Source: a virus (Duplodnaviria > Heunggongvirae > Uroviricota > Caudoviricetes). From it: a DNA stretch of 64,000 nt. The stretch's first letter is position 1. The number at the start of each line of letters is the position of its first letter. Made by a program: the position numbers and the translations under genes. The stretch lies in the IMG/VR virus record IMGVR_UViG_3300036770_004943, positions 64,001 to 128,000 of that record; one strand, 5' to 3'. The notes beneath the pieces are model-generated. The model did not search any database. It was not told where the DNA came from and saw nothing but the letters and a program-made list of their open reading frames with translations. This document shows, piece after piece, positions 27,893 through 38,598 of the stretch.

Positions 27893-29722
27893 TTAAGTTT
27901 TTCTATTTATTATTTTCTTATTCATTTCTTTATCCTTAAAACCAGACATACCAAAAAACACCCAATTGTGTTCAGATAACGCGGACTGAATTTGTTTAGG
28001 TGTAGATTCTCTGTTTACTACTGAATTATATTCCGAAGTATTTAGTTCACTAATGGTTTCACTAGTATTAGTAGATACTACCCAAGAATCTAACATTGCT
28101 TTAGCCTGTCCTTTACTTTTTTCAAAATCTTTAAAAGATGTTTGAGAAACATAACAACACATGGCAATTGCCATAAGTAAATCATCATGATACCCTTTCA
28201 TGTGGTCAGGGCGACCATTTTTAAACACAAAAGTATCCATCTCAGCTATCGCTCTAATTGAACGTACTTTAAAAGAATCTAACCTAACAGATTCTTCTAA
28301 TTTTGTGATAATTGTATTTCTGTTTTTTTGAAAATTTAGACCTGGTAATTTACCGTCACGCATATGACGTTCTAAGTTTTTATTGTTTGTTACCGAATCA
28401 ATACCCAAAACAACATCGTAATACATTTTTTTGGACGAATAATTAAGTTCAATCATTTTTAAAACCGAAGAGACACCATAACCGCCCGTAATATCAACAA
28501 CAACAAAGGCCTCATACCTATTACCATATTCTACAGCAATTTCACCTAAAGTATCGGGTGCAACTTTACCGTGATATTCGGCAACTTGAAATCCTGTGGT
28601 AAAATCCATAACACAAATACTTGCGAAATCATCTGCAGAACCAGATGCGGCATCAACAGAAAGAATGTATTCATGTCCTAATTGAGGATCTTCCCAAACC
28701 CACATGTTACCATCCAACCATTCAGTTCTAATAGGGTCTTTTACATTATTTTTCTTTTGATATTCAACATATTTTGAGTTAATAACATTATCACCAGAAC
28801 CGTTAAAGGCACACAATAATTCTTGTGCAATTGTACGAGGGTTATTATTTAACTGACCACACATCATCTCAAACCAAGGAGCGGTTGGTTGCCAACCATC
28901 AAGTTCTAATTGTTCAAAATGACTGTAATCCATGTCAATTTTTTCTTCTATAACATCTCCCGCATCATTTTTCTTTTGCCAAACCATATTTTTGTTGTAA
29001 CGAGGGTCTTGGAACCATCTCATCTCAACAATGTTAAACGGGTTATTAGTTTTTTCTTTGGTTTTAGCTGCCATATATGTTTTATAATATAATGGGTCCA
29101 TACCGTTTGGTGTACTAATAAGGATGGCTCCACCACCTGTAGAAAGTGCTGGTTGAGCTGCCGCGTAAACTTCTTCACCACCTTCAATATAGGCCGCCTC
29201 ATCCATGACAAGTAATGTTGGTGTATAACCACGTAACGCATCTAATGATGTTGCAACAGCTTTAACCTCGGAACCGTTTTTTAATCTATAATGTTTTGCA
29301 GAGTTTTTTTCAGAATCATACCATGAATCATCATTACCAGATGACCAAACATTCATCCAAGTCGGTAACTGTGATGTAAAATCTTTAACTTTTTTAAGAA
29401 ATTCAATCGCAGTTTCTTGTTTATTTGCTAAAATAAGAACCCTTTGTGGACTATTTGGGTCGGCCAAAGCCGTCATTACCGCTATATAAGCAGCAGTTGT
29501 GGTAGAAACACCCGCCTGACGAGGTTTCATCACTATATTAAAACGGTTATCTTTATAAGCCGTTATTAATTCTTTTTGTTTGGGGAATAATTTGAATCTG
29601 ACAAAACCTTTCTGTGTTTGGTCAAAAGTTTCAAGATAGTTCTCAATGGCATATATCGGGTCTTTCATAGACTTACCGATTTCCATCAATTTTTGAGCCT
29701 TACTTTGTGGTACATTTGACAT
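27893..29722 (-). CDS. terL: terminase large subunit (T4 gp17-like)
   Basis: KPRQAGVST Walker A, LLVMDEAAY Walker B, ISTPNG, LSVDAASG, HDDLLMA. Confidence 0.95.
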   Translation of the reverse strand: MSNVPQSKAQKLMEIGKSMKDPIYAIENYLETFDQTQKGFVRFKLFPKQKELITAYKDNRFNIVMKPRQAGVSTTTAAYIAVMTALADPNSPQRVLILANKQETAIEFLKKVKDFTSQLPTWMNVWSSGNDDSWYDSEKNSAKHYRLKNGSEVKAVATSLDALRGYTPTLLVMDEAAYIEGGEEVYAAAQPALSTGGGAILISTPNGMDPLYYKTYMAAKTKEKTNNPFNIVEMRWFQDPRYNKNMVWQKKNDAGDVIEEKIDMDYSHFEQLELDGWQPTAPWFEMMCGQLNNNPRTIAQELLCAFNGSGDNVINSKYVEYQKKNNVKDPIRTEWLDGNMWVWEDPQLGHEYILSVDAASGSADDFASICVMDFTTGFQVAEYHGKVAPDTLGEIAVEYGNRYEAFVVVDITGGYGVSSVLKMIELNYSSKKMYYDVVLGIDSVTNNKNLERHMRDGKLPGLNFQKNRNTIITKLEESVRLDSFKVRSIRAIAEMDTFVFKNGRPDHMKGYHDDLLMAIAMCCYVSQTSFKDFEKSKGQAKAMLDSWVVSTNTSETISELNTSEYNSVVNRESTPKQIQSALSEHNWVFFGMSGFKDKEMNKKIINRKT

Positions 29723-29768
29723 AAATAACGTTACTTTAATATATAAATATCAAGAACGTTGTTAATGG

Positions 29769-32585
29769 TTATTCCACATTTGATAACTCTTTGTGTAAGA
29801 TGTTAGCAACTTCTTCAATAAAAGTTTCCTTATTAGGTGACCAACCACTTAAAAAGTGATCTAAATCAGTATAATCAAAAGTTAAGTAACTTTCAAATCT
29901 ACCAGAACCTTGGTCCATTAAATAAGTTATTAAATGGTAAACCGAATTAGGTAAATCATCTTCATACCAAACAAAATCATCAGCATAAGCCTGAATATCA
30001 TCCATTAAATAATCATATCTAAAAGTGTAAACTCTTTCTGTTTTTTTATTTTTTGTTACAATTTCTTTTTGTCTTACAAAATCACTACCAAAAACATCTT
30101 CTACCATAGATAAAACATTATTTATAACATCAGTTGAAGCCAAATTGTTATAAGCGTCGTTATAAGATTTAAGGATAATTTTTCTAAGTTGTTTTAATTC
30201 AGGAGAATGCTCTATCAAAGATTGTAATTGATAGTCTGACATACCTTCAATTCTTTCATCATATAAAGCAACGGTAAATTTATCTAATTCATCGTCAATA
30301 TCCTCAACCCAATTATCAAACTCATCAACCCAATCTAAATCTAATGTTACTTTTTTACCTCTAAAATGGTTAAATAAAAAATCAACAATTTCTTTTTTAA
30401 TTTCAAGATTATCTAAAAAATAATAAATGTCTTCTAAACTTCCATAATGAGTAGCATCAATGTCTAAACTTTTTAAATCACCTTCTAAAATTTTATAAAC
30501 ATCATGTTCACCGTTAAAAAATCCGGCTAACCTACCTAAGTCACTAAAAGCAACGTAATCACTTTTACCTTCAGGAAATAATAAACCACGATTTGTGTCA
30601 CCTTTTAGTAAATCGTAAGTACTGGATAAAATAGCCTCTCTTAATCCAGTTTTTTCCCCGACAGGGGCATCTTGGTAGGCTTTTATTAAAATTAACGGGG
30701 TTAAATCATATAAACTATTTCTATTATAATAATTAAGATATAATTGATAATAGTCACGCTCAAAAAAACTGTTCCATAAAATTTTTGGTGGTAGGGTGTA
30801 AGAACTCCAATCAGTTTTAAATATTTCTTTAACTAAAGAATCAAACTCCCCGATACTAGGAAAAAACTCTATAATATTTGTATTATCTTGTAATACATCC
30901 TCAATAGTATATTTTAAATCATCTTCATCGTTATATTTCATTTTTATATAACTTATAAAAGCCTTTCTTGGGTTTTTATAAAAAGAATTTAAATCGTTTA
31001 ATGTTATGTCGGTTATTAATTTTTTAGATATTAATTCATTTAAAACGTTTAAGCCATTTTCAGTTGAACCCAAGTATTCTAAAACTTTTTCGGTTGGAAA
31101 ACCGTAATTTTCTAAAGTACTTTTTAGGTAATCAATATTATTTAAAATATATTTTAAACGTTCAGGGGTAATTTTTTTGTTAGGGTCATTAGATTCCATC
31201 GGAAATTTTTCTTTTATTAGAATGTTCATACCTCTAACATCTATTTCTTGAAATAGATTAACACCAATTGATTTGGCATAACCAAAAATTAAATCAACAT
31301 CTTTAAACAATTCCATTAATTTTTGACCCGTCCTTGAACCCCACCAATCATCTGGTCTTTTACTACCATAAAAACTATTTAAAAGTCCAAAAATATTATT
31401 TTGTCCCCGTTCTTTATTTAAAAATTCTTTGAAGTTTGGGTCTGATGATGCATTTAAAAACTCATCTAAAGATATTGTGCCTTTAGAAACGGCATTTAAA
31501 AGACGGTCATAATGGTCTCCGGCAAACATTTTTACCAAAGGGTTTATACCCACCGATTTATAACCATTCCAAATTTCTTTTATTTTTTCACCCCATTCAC
31601 TATCTTTTGTAACATAAAGGTTGATTAAATCTTTAAAACTAAAATATTCGAAAATAGATATGTTTCTTTTTTTAAGATAATTAATTAAAGGTTCTAAACC
31701 TATTTTTTTAGTAAGTTCTTCTGATGATAAAGATTTTAATGGGTCCAAACCTTTAGACTCTAACCAAGCAATTAAGTCTTGACCAAAATAAAAATTATCA
31801 ACCCCTTTTAAATTATTCTTAAAAAGATATTCAATAATCACATCTTTAATCGTATCCCAATTAGAACCTAAATTTTCTGCCGCTTTTTGTATACTTGTTG
31901 GATTATCGGGAGCGTCAAAAGCTTGAGCCTCACCGTTATTTTTTATTAAAAACGCAGTTTTATACCAAGGATTAGTTTGAGGTTCTTTTTTATTAATAGT
32001 ATAAATTAGTGTACCTTCAGTGGTGTATCTTTTAAAATAATTGTCACTATCTTTAGTTGTGGTACACCATTTTGTACCTGAACCATAAAAACAAGAAGCT
32101 CGATGTGATTTAGGTATTAAAATTAAAAGATTACTATCATTATATAAAACATTAGCTTCTAACTTCTTAACATCAGACTTACTAAGTTTTTCACCAACCA
32201 TTTTAAAAATCTCTAAAGCAATACCATAATCTTTGTAGTTATTAATATCTTTAGGATTTTTATAAATGTTTTGAAAAATTTTGGCTGCAGGCGAATTATC
32301 AGTAAGTAACCAACTCCATTTTTTTTCTTCAATTAATTCATCTAAAAATTCTTTAGTTAGTTTGTTAACGTTTTTATGGAATAAATTAATAGCCTTAACG
32401 ATTCTAGCCTGAGAAACACCCAACCTACTACCATAAACCATCCAATCAAGGTATTTGTTGTTACCTGATGGGTCTAATCTTGATAACCCTTCTATAGTAT
32501 CTTTACGAACTTCAGGGTATTTTTTTATAACATCATCTAAACGACTCTCTAAAAGTAACTCTTCTAATAAAAAAGTATTTCTCAT
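29769..32585 (-). CDS. DPSGNxKY/YGxGTxWC family protein, late copy with long C-terminal extension
   Basis: LLLE|SRLDD, DPSGNNKYLDWM, ASCFYGSGTKWCTT; late motif at 32590-32599. Confidence 0.75.
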   Translation of the reverse strand: MRNTFLLEELLLESRLDDVIKKYPEVRKDTIEGLSRLDPSGNNKYLDWMVYGSRLGVSQARIVKAINLFHKNVNKLTKEFLDELIEEKKWSWLLTDNSPAAKIFQNIYKNPKDINNYKDYGIALEIFKMVGEKLSKSDVKKLEANVLYNDSNLLILIPKSHRASCFYGSGTKWCTTTKDSDNYFKRYTTEGTLIYTINKKEPQTNPWYKTAFLIKNNGEAQAFDAPDNPTSIQKAAENLGSNWDTIKDVIIEYLFKNNLKGVDNFYFGQDLIAWLESKGLDPLKSLSSEELTKKIGLEPLINYLKKRNISIFEYFSFKDLINLYVTKDSEWGEKIKEIWNGYKSVGINPLVKMFAGDHYDRLLNAVSKGTISLDEFLNASSDPNFKEFLNKERGQNNIFGLLNSFYGSKRPDDWWGSRTGQKLMELFKDVDLIFGYAKSIGVNLFQEIDVRGMNILIKEKFPMESNDPNKKITPERLKYILNNIDYLKSTLENYGFPTEKVLEYLGSTENGLNVLNELISKKLITDITLNDLNSFYKNPRKAFISYIKMKYNDEDDLKYTIEDVLQDNTNIIEFFPSIGEFDSLVKEIFKTDWSSYTLPPKILWNSFFERDYYQLYLNYYNRNSLYDLTPLILIKAYQDAPVGEKTGLREAILSSTYDLLKGDTNRGLLFPEGKSDYVAFSDLGRLAGFFNGEHDVYKILEGDLKSLDIDATHYGSLEDIYYFLDNLEIKKEIVDFLFNHFRGKKVTLDLDWVDEFDNWVEDIDDELDKFTVALYDERIEGMSDYQLQSLIEHSPELKQLRKIILKSYNDAYNNLASTDVINNVLSMVEDVFGSDFVRQKEIVTKNKKTERVYTFRYDYLMDDIQAYADDFVWYEDDLPNSVYHLITYLMDQGSGRFESYLTFDYTDLDHFLSGWSPNKETFIEEVANILHKELSNVE

Positions 32586-32625
32586 ATCAAATAAATATCT
32601 GAATTTAAATTAGAAACTAAATAAT

Positions 32626-32702
32626 AAACCCATCTGGAGCGAACAGATGGGTTTAATTTTTGAAGATTCTCATCTTCATAACTTAACGGTCCTAACGCTA
32701 AG
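32626..32702 (-). other. three consecutive hairpins in an intergenic region (terminator plus possible structured RNA)
   Basis: cttagcg/cgttaag, tgaagat-gaga-atcttca and aaacccatctg/cagatgggttt on the minus strand. Confidence 0.55.
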
Positions 32703-32705
32703 GTT

Positions 32706-34520
32706 TTAATACTTACGATCTAATATTGATTGATAGTAAGCTACCATTTTATAATCTTCATTATCTAAAGCTTCATCTCTTGCGTTTTCAAGGTCACGTT
32801 TAGACCAAGTACTAGGGTCATCAACAGGTTCTTCTTCAGTTTGTTTACCTTTTTTACCTAAAAGTCTGGCTAATAACTCATCTTCTTCTTCAGGAGCTTC
32901 TGGACCTTCAGGTGCTTCTGGTGTTTCAGTATCGTCATCATCACTATACGAATCCAACACATCATCAGCCTCTTCTTGTCTCAACTCAATTAAAGATTCC
33001 TGAGCTAATTCTTTTACCTTGTTTTGTGCCTCATTCTTATTAGAAATAAGACCCTCAATGATTTTATTAAATTCGTCGTCAGATAATTCTTGTAATTTAT
33101 GCCAAGTTAAAGATATAACTTCTTGATTGTCAACAGGCATTTGTTCAACAAATTTTTCCCATATTTTAGGTCCTAGACGAATATCGTTTGTTTCAGATTC
33201 CAAGTTATCAACCATATCAGCAACGTACTTTCTAACTTCAGGATCTTTAGATAAACCCCAAAGTGAGGTTAATTCCATGACACCTTTACCTAATTCATGT
33301 AAAAGAATTGGAAATGTCATACCTTGTGCAATAACTTTAGGTTTACCACCTGTTGATGATAGTTGTATCCTAGAGTTACCAGCGTGAATACCTTGTTCAC
33401 CTTGTGATTTAATAGTTTCATTACTCATTAAAAAATAAGAAGCGTCATTTGCCGCCATCAAATTACTATAACCCCTAACTAATTCTGGGTTTTGTTCACG
33501 AAACTCATCGTCCATCATGTGTAAATTTTGACTTTTTCTGGCTGCCCCTTGCATCATTGCGTTAGTAAGTCTACGTCTTTTAACAGCTTTCTTTAATTCG
33601 TCAGTTGATTTACCTTGAGGTGGTCTTGTATTCGCTTTCGACATTTTAAGACCTTCACGATTAATTTTACCTATTTTAAAACCTTGTTGTCTAGAAATCA
33701 TTTCAATTTCTCTAGGGGAAGCATTGTCAGGTAATCCTAACATTTGTGGGGGGATACCAGTTATAGTAGCCTCAAAATCAACAGCATCTACAGGTATATT
33801 ATATTTTTTTCTAATAAGTTCTACAGCCTTTCTTTCCAAATTTTGGATACCCATTTCGTATTCTTTTTTAGCTGTATTGATGACTGAATCACCTAAAAGT
33901 TCTTGTACATCTTGTAATGTAACCCTTTGTCTTCCAGTTTTTTCTCTGATTTTAGAGGCAATTTCTTCAAAAGATTCTCTAGCTAACCTATCAGTTAATT
34001 CTCTACCTAAAATTTCGGAATAATCGTTTTCACCACTTTCAAAACTTCTCCTAACACTGTCTTCCATATCTTCATTAACTAATCTTCTTGATATAGTTTC
34101 TATAAGTTCACTTTTGGTCATCCTAGCCGGTTCACTTGATTCCACCATACTAAGTATATCCTTTTTTGTTAATTTAGCCATTATATTTTGTTTTTTATAT
34201 ATTTTATTCTCACCTAAATCAGACTGCCTCTCAATATCATCTTTGCTTAGATTACTAATTTCTATATCTATAGCTTTAATTCTATCGTTATTGATTTTAA
34301 CCGATTGAATTTCGGCATTTTTTTTTGCTGTAAATTGTTTTTTTCTTTCTGAAGCTTCAGAACCAGAAACTGGGTCTGATGCTTGAGAACCGTAGGCTGA
34401 TGCTGTTGCTTGGTCGGCAGGTATTTGTTTTTTAGAAGCACCTATTTTTTTTATTAGGTTGTTTTTCTCATCTTCTAATTTTTTAATCTTTTCTTTATTA
34501 GAAATTTCTTTTTCTGCCAT
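32706..34520 (-). CDS. late protein with C-terminal UVR-like motif; possibly two fused units (second start MAKLTKK at 34181)
   Basis: RRLVNE| junction; ends DLENARDEALDNEDYKMVAYYQSILD. Confidence 0.6.
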   Translation of the reverse strand: MAEKEISNKEKIKKLEDEKNNLIKKIGASKKQIPADQATASAYGSQASDPVSGSEASERKKQFTAKKNAEIQSVKINNDRIKAIDIEISNLSKDDIERQSDLGENKIYKKQNIMAKLTKKDILSMVESSEPARMTKSELIETISRRLVNEDMEDSVRRSFESGENDYSEILGRELTDRLARESFEEIASKIREKTGRQRVTLQDVQELLGDSVINTAKKEYEMGIQNLERKAVELIRKKYNIPVDAVDFEATITGIPPQMLGLPDNASPREIEMISRQQGFKIGKINREGLKMSKANTRPPQGKSTDELKKAVKRRRLTNAMMQGAARKSQNLHMMDDEFREQNPELVRGYSNLMAANDASYFLMSNETIKSQGEQGIHAGNSRIQLSSTGGKPKVIAQGMTFPILLHELGKGVMELTSLWGLSKDPEVRKYVADMVDNLESETNDIRLGPKIWEKFVEQMPVDNQEVISLTWHKLQELSDDEFNKIIEGLISNKNEAQNKVKELAQESLIELRQEEADDVLDSYSDDDDTETPEAPEGPEAPEEEDELLARLLGKKGKQTEEEPVDDPSTWSKRDLENARDEALDNEDYKMVAYYQSILDRKY

Positions 34521-34939
34521 TACTTTTTAATTTTAGTATCATCATAATTTAAAACCAAATCAAGGGAATATAATTTTTCCTCAACAGATTCTTTAATCTC
34601 ACCAAATTTAAAAACTAATCTTTCTTCTGGGTAATCCTGGTCATCTTGTAATTTTTCCCATCCTAATGCAACAATACCTTCTACAGCATTATAAATTTGA
34701 AAAACCCCCGAATTCTGTATTAGTTCTAAATCTAGTTCAGATGTTTTTAAACCACCCACAAGTTTAATAAAACTTGGGTCGGGAGTCAAATCATTTTTAT
34801 CCGTAACAACAGAAGATTCATACCAAGACTCATCCCAATCCAAATTAGTTCTATCAGAAAAGAGGAACTCAAAAATGTGTTCCCCTTTAAAGTTAGTACC
34901 AATTTTATTTATGTATATTAAATACAGTTCTTTATTCAT
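34520..34939 (-). CDS. hypothetical protein
   Basis: Coupled ORF. Confidence 0.65.
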   Translation of the reverse strand: MNKELYLIYINKIGTNFKGEHIFEFLFSDRTNLDWDESWYESSVVTDKNDLTPDPSFIKLVGGLKTSELDLELIQNSGVFQIYNAVEGIVALGWEKLQDDQDYPEERLVFKFGEIKESVEEKLYSLDLVLNYDDTKIKK

Positions 34940-37463
34940 ATCTTGTACCTAATTTTTTTCTACCCGCTTTAGGTCCCGGTTCTTCACCTGGTGTAATATG
35001 TGGTGGTGGAGTAAACGGTCTCTTAGAGGGAGACGGTCTATCTGTATCAGGTCTTCCTGGTTTAACAGGTGTTTCAGGTCTTGTTTGAGGTTTTGACGGT
35101 GCTGGTGCTGGACTCATAGTTGTTTTAATTCTTTTTTCACGTAAAACTTCGTCAAAATCTGAATGAGAATCAACTGGTTCACCTTTAAAAACTTTACCTG
35201 TCATATGACCCATTTCAACATCACCCGCTGAATTAATTCTAATTTTAGCTACTGCTTTACCTTTTTTAATTAAATCTAAGTAAACAGTTTGTTCTTCAGG
35301 GTCTTTAGCTCTATCTTTATGACAAAACTCAACATCCATACCGTGTTGTCTAGCCATATCTTCAACATCTTCATACGCAACTTCTTGTTCATAAGATACC
35401 ATTTTATTGTTTATATGGTCTTCTTTAAGGGTTTTTTTATTACGTCTACTATTTTCACCCATATTAAAAGGGAAATTAAACTTCTCTTTGTATTGTAATT
35501 TATACTTCATACCTTTTGGTAACGTAGAAGATGGTTCTTCTTGATATCCCATAGGATTTGCTGAATCTATATAAGGTTCGTCTACTTCACCATCCATTTC
35601 CATTCTTGGGACTTGGCCCAAACCGGCACATGTGATACAAACTTTAGGTCTACGGCCAAAACCTATAGTACCTTGTTCATGACCTCTACCCCCACAGGCT
35701 TGACACATTTCCATATTTTCATCATCTTCCATATAACTCATACCTTCGGTTGGTCCATAATATTCATCACCATATTCATCACCATATTCGTCATCCTCCC
35801 AAGCTTTAGGTCCCGGTTCTTCACCTGGTGTAATATGTGGTGGTGGAGTAAACGGTCTCTTAGAGGGAGACGGTCTATCTGTATCAGGTCTTCCTGGTTT
35901 AACAGGTGTTTCAGGTCTTTCTTGTGGCCTTGCTGGAGCGGGTTGTGGCATCATATAAGGATCTTCCATATATGGGTCATACATATAATCCTCCCCCAAA
36001 TCACCAATAGATTTTTGTAATTTACCTAATTCTTCAAAACCAAAAGGTTTACCGAACTTAGAACCTTCTTTATGTAATATATAACCAGTCGGTTTTACTT
36101 CTACATAACCAAAAGATCCGACAACTTTATTATCGTCAATATGGACCACACTAGCACCACCTAATTTATTTTGAATTTTTTTTAAGTGACTATCTATTTC
36201 ATGTACATCCATTTTTTTACCAGGTACTGCACGTTTAACGTTTTTAGCAAATCTTGACATGAAATCAGTTTTTGGTTCTGACATCCAATCATCTTGCATA
36301 CCTGGATAGTTACCCATTTCAGTTTCATCTTCATAATAAGGTCTACTTCTATCGCCACAATATGAGCAATTATCTTCATCATCTAATATCACCTCACCCG
36401 GTTTCACATCACCATTACCAGGTCCGTACATATCATCTTCCATGAAATCTTCCATGTTCTCGACACCAGTTCCCATACACCACTCACATTCTTCACCTGT
36501 CATATCATCATGACCCATACCACCACAGTGTGAACACATATCCTCACCATCGTATTCAATTTCATCATCACTTGAATGATTTACAATTTTAGCTTTTTCT
36601 TCATCAGATAACCTACCCCAATCAACCATATCATCATTTGACATATAAGTTATAATTGGTGTTGTCATAATTTTTTCATCGTCCATAAAATCAAATTCTT
36701 CGTCAGAACCTTCGTCTTTTTTCTTCTTAATTGTACGAATCAAATCTTTTTTATCCTCAGAATCCATATCTTCTAAGCTTAAAGCGGATAAAACACTTTT
36801 AGCCACCCATTTACTTAAATCAGAAGATTTATCTTCAGTATCTCTAAGTTTTTGACCTAACTTACCAGTCATTCTTTGAATTACCTTTATAGAATCCTCA
36901 CTGTCATCTTCTAAATCTAAATCCTCATCAGTTTCTTCCGTTTCTTCCCCTTCAGTGGTGTCTTCTTCCCCATCAAAATCAAAATCTCCACTTTCTTCCC
37001 CACCTTCCTCTTCAGTACCATCCCCACCAAAATCAAAATCACTACTTTCATTATCTTCTGCACCACCAAAATCAAAATCAATAGCCTCATCATCTGTTGA
37101 TTCAGGTGTAGGATTTTCAATTTTTTTCTTTTTAGTTTTAATAACAAACTTTTTCTCTTCTATAATATCAGGTGTTAAGACATCACTATCCTCAATCATT
37201 AAATTAAGTCTTCTAACTGCCTCCTCAAAAGAATTATATTGATTTTTAGTTTTATTGGCAACACCACCTATAAAATCAAAATTGATTCCGTCGGTAGATT
37301 CTTTAATAAAATATTTTTTAATTTCTTTTACAACACCATATATTTTACCGTTAGGTGCTTTTTTCTTTAACTCGATGTTTGAAAGATTGATGTTTTCGTT
37401 AATAGATTTTTTATTACCCATTAACTCTCTCATTCTTTGTAATTCTTTATTTGTGATTTTCAT
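34932..37463 (-). CDS. acidic low-complexity late protein with four CxxCxGxG motifs and a duplicated Pro-rich segment
   Basis: CSHCGGMG, CEWCMGTG, CQACGGRG, CITCAGLG; SINE| leader. Confidence 0.65.
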   Translation of the reverse strand: MKITNKELQRMRELMGNKKSINENINLSNIELKKKAPNGKIYGVVKEIKKYFIKESTDGINFDFIGGVANKTKNQYNSFEEAVRRLNLMIEDSDVLTPDIIEEKKFVIKTKKKKIENPTPESTDDEAIDFDFGGAEDNESSDFDFGGDGTEEEGGEESGDFDFDGEEDTTEGEETEETDEDLDLEDDSEDSIKVIQRMTGKLGQKLRDTEDKSSDLSKWVAKSVLSALSLEDMDSEDKKDLIRTIKKKKDEGSDEEFDFMDDEKIMTTPIITYMSNDDMVDWGRLSDEEKAKIVNHSSDDEIEYDGEDMCSHCGGMGHDDMTGEECEWCMGTGVENMEDFMEDDMYGPGNGDVKPGEVILDDEDNCSYCGDRSRPYYEDETEMGNYPGMQDDWMSEPKTDFMSRFAKNVKRAVPGKKMDVHEIDSHLKKIQNKLGGASVVHIDDNKVVGSFGYVEVKPTGYILHKEGSKFGKPFGFEELGKLQKSIGDLGEDYMYDPYMEDPYMMPQPAPARPQERPETPVKPGRPDTDRPSPSKRPFTPPPHITPGEEPGPKAWEDDEYGDEYGDEYYGPTEGMSYMEDDENMEMCQACGGRGHEQGTIGFGRRPKVCITCAGLGQVPRMEMDGEVDEPYIDSANPMGYQEEPSSTLPKGMKYKLQYKEKFNFPFNMGENSRRNKKTLKEDHINNKMVSYEQEVAYEDVEDMARQHGMDVEFCHKDRAKDPEEQTVYLDLIKKGKAVAKIRINSAGDVEMGHMTGKVFKGEPVDSHSDFDEVLREKRIKTTMSPAPAPSKPQTRPETPVKPGRPDTDRPSPSKRPFTPPPHITPGEEPGPKAGRKKLGTRYE
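34966..35919. repeat. 117-bp perfect direct repeat (34966-35082 and 35803-35919)
   Basis: Both copies encode RPETPVKPGRPDTDRPSPSKRPFTPPPHITPGEEPGPKA. Confidence 0.9.
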
Positions 37464-37471
37464 AATATTTT

Positions 37472-37762
37472 TTATTTAATGGAGTATGATCCTTTTGCGT
37501 TACCACTATCATTAGATAATGGTGTTTCCCAAGTACCGGTGTAACCAGATGTTGCACCAAATTTTTTATTACCTATTAAAAAAATATCACCAGTTGCATC
37601 AGACTGTTTACTAATACCGATAGGTAATATTACTGTTGAATTCATGGTTGGTAACGTGGTACCGTTTATTGTTGTACTAACACCGTTTGGTATTAATATA
37701 GAATTATACCAATAATCGTTAAAATTGGAACCAGATAATGGATGTATAATTTCTCCTGTCAT
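37472..37762 (-). CDS. small putative structural protein
   Basis: Thr/Gly-rich, beta-like; in the late operon. Confidence 0.5.
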   Translation of the reverse strand: MTGEIIHPLSGSNFNDYWYNSILIPNGVSTTINGTTLPTMNSTVILPIGISKQSDATGDIFLIGNKKFGATSGYTGTWETPLSNDSGNAKGSYSIK

Positions 37763-38562
37763 TTTAATATGTTTTTAAATAAATATCTGTTATTTTCTAA
37801 TGTCACAGATTTATCGTAAGCAACAGTTTTGATGTCTGAAAGTCTATCTAACATGCCGTTTCTCCTCAAAACTTTAAAAACCAAGTTCTCAACAGAAAAC
37901 TCGCCACTTTTATCTAAACCTGCTTGACGCATTTTTTTAATTTTATCCTTAATTTTGTCAGCCTTTTCAACGACAATCTCGTAATTTTTTTCTTTTTTCA
38001 TTTCATCATATAAATCATCAATAGAATCCATTATACGATTTGCTTTTAATTTAACGTTTTTATCATCAACTGTAATACGTTTTTTTTCAGGTTTGATTAA
38101 CCATTCATTATTTAAGATAGAATAAACCCCCGTTGAAACGTGTTCTTCATTAATATCTTGAACATAAAGTTCTACGTCATAACCGTATATTTTAACATCG
38201 TGACTTTGATTCCAAGAAGTACTTTTAGATTTTAAAAAGTCTTGGATTAAAGATTCATCAACTGGTACTTCATCGTAATCAATTAAAATATGTAAATCAA
38301 CATCGGAGTATTGGGACCAATTGTAATTGGCTAAACTTCCAGTAAAAGTAACATCTTCTATATCTAAATTTTCAATACCTAAACTTTCAATATAGTCATC
38401 AGCTATTTTAAGTAAATTTTTTCTAATTTCAGGACGTAGTTTACCACCTTTATCCCATACTCTAGGGTTTAATTTATCCTGCATTTCAAAGCCGGTTAAA
38501 TCAACGTACCTATCACTTTTAGTTATTTTAGTAACTTCCTTTATTTGTACAGTATTTTTCAT
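37759..38562 (-). CDS. Pol-beta superfamily nucleotidyltransferase
   Basis: FTGSLANYNWSQYSDVDLHI (GS..DxD) plus DVELYVQD; late motif at 38569-38577. Confidence 0.8.
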   Translation of the reverse strand: MKNTVQIKEVTKITKSDRYVDLTGFEMQDKLNPRVWDKGGKLRPEIRKNLLKIADDYIESLGIENLDIEDVTFTGSLANYNWSQYSDVDLHILIDYDEVPVDESLIQDFLKSKSTSWNQSHDVKIYGYDVELYVQDINEEHVSTGVYSILNNEWLIKPEKKRITVDDKNVKLKANRIMDSIDDLYDEMKKEKNYEIVVEKADKIKDKIKKMRQAGLDKSGEFSVENLVFKVLRRNGMLDRLSDIKTVAYDKSVTLENNRYLFKNILK

Positions 38563-38598
38563 CTACATTATAAATATTCGTGATATTTATTAAAAAGA

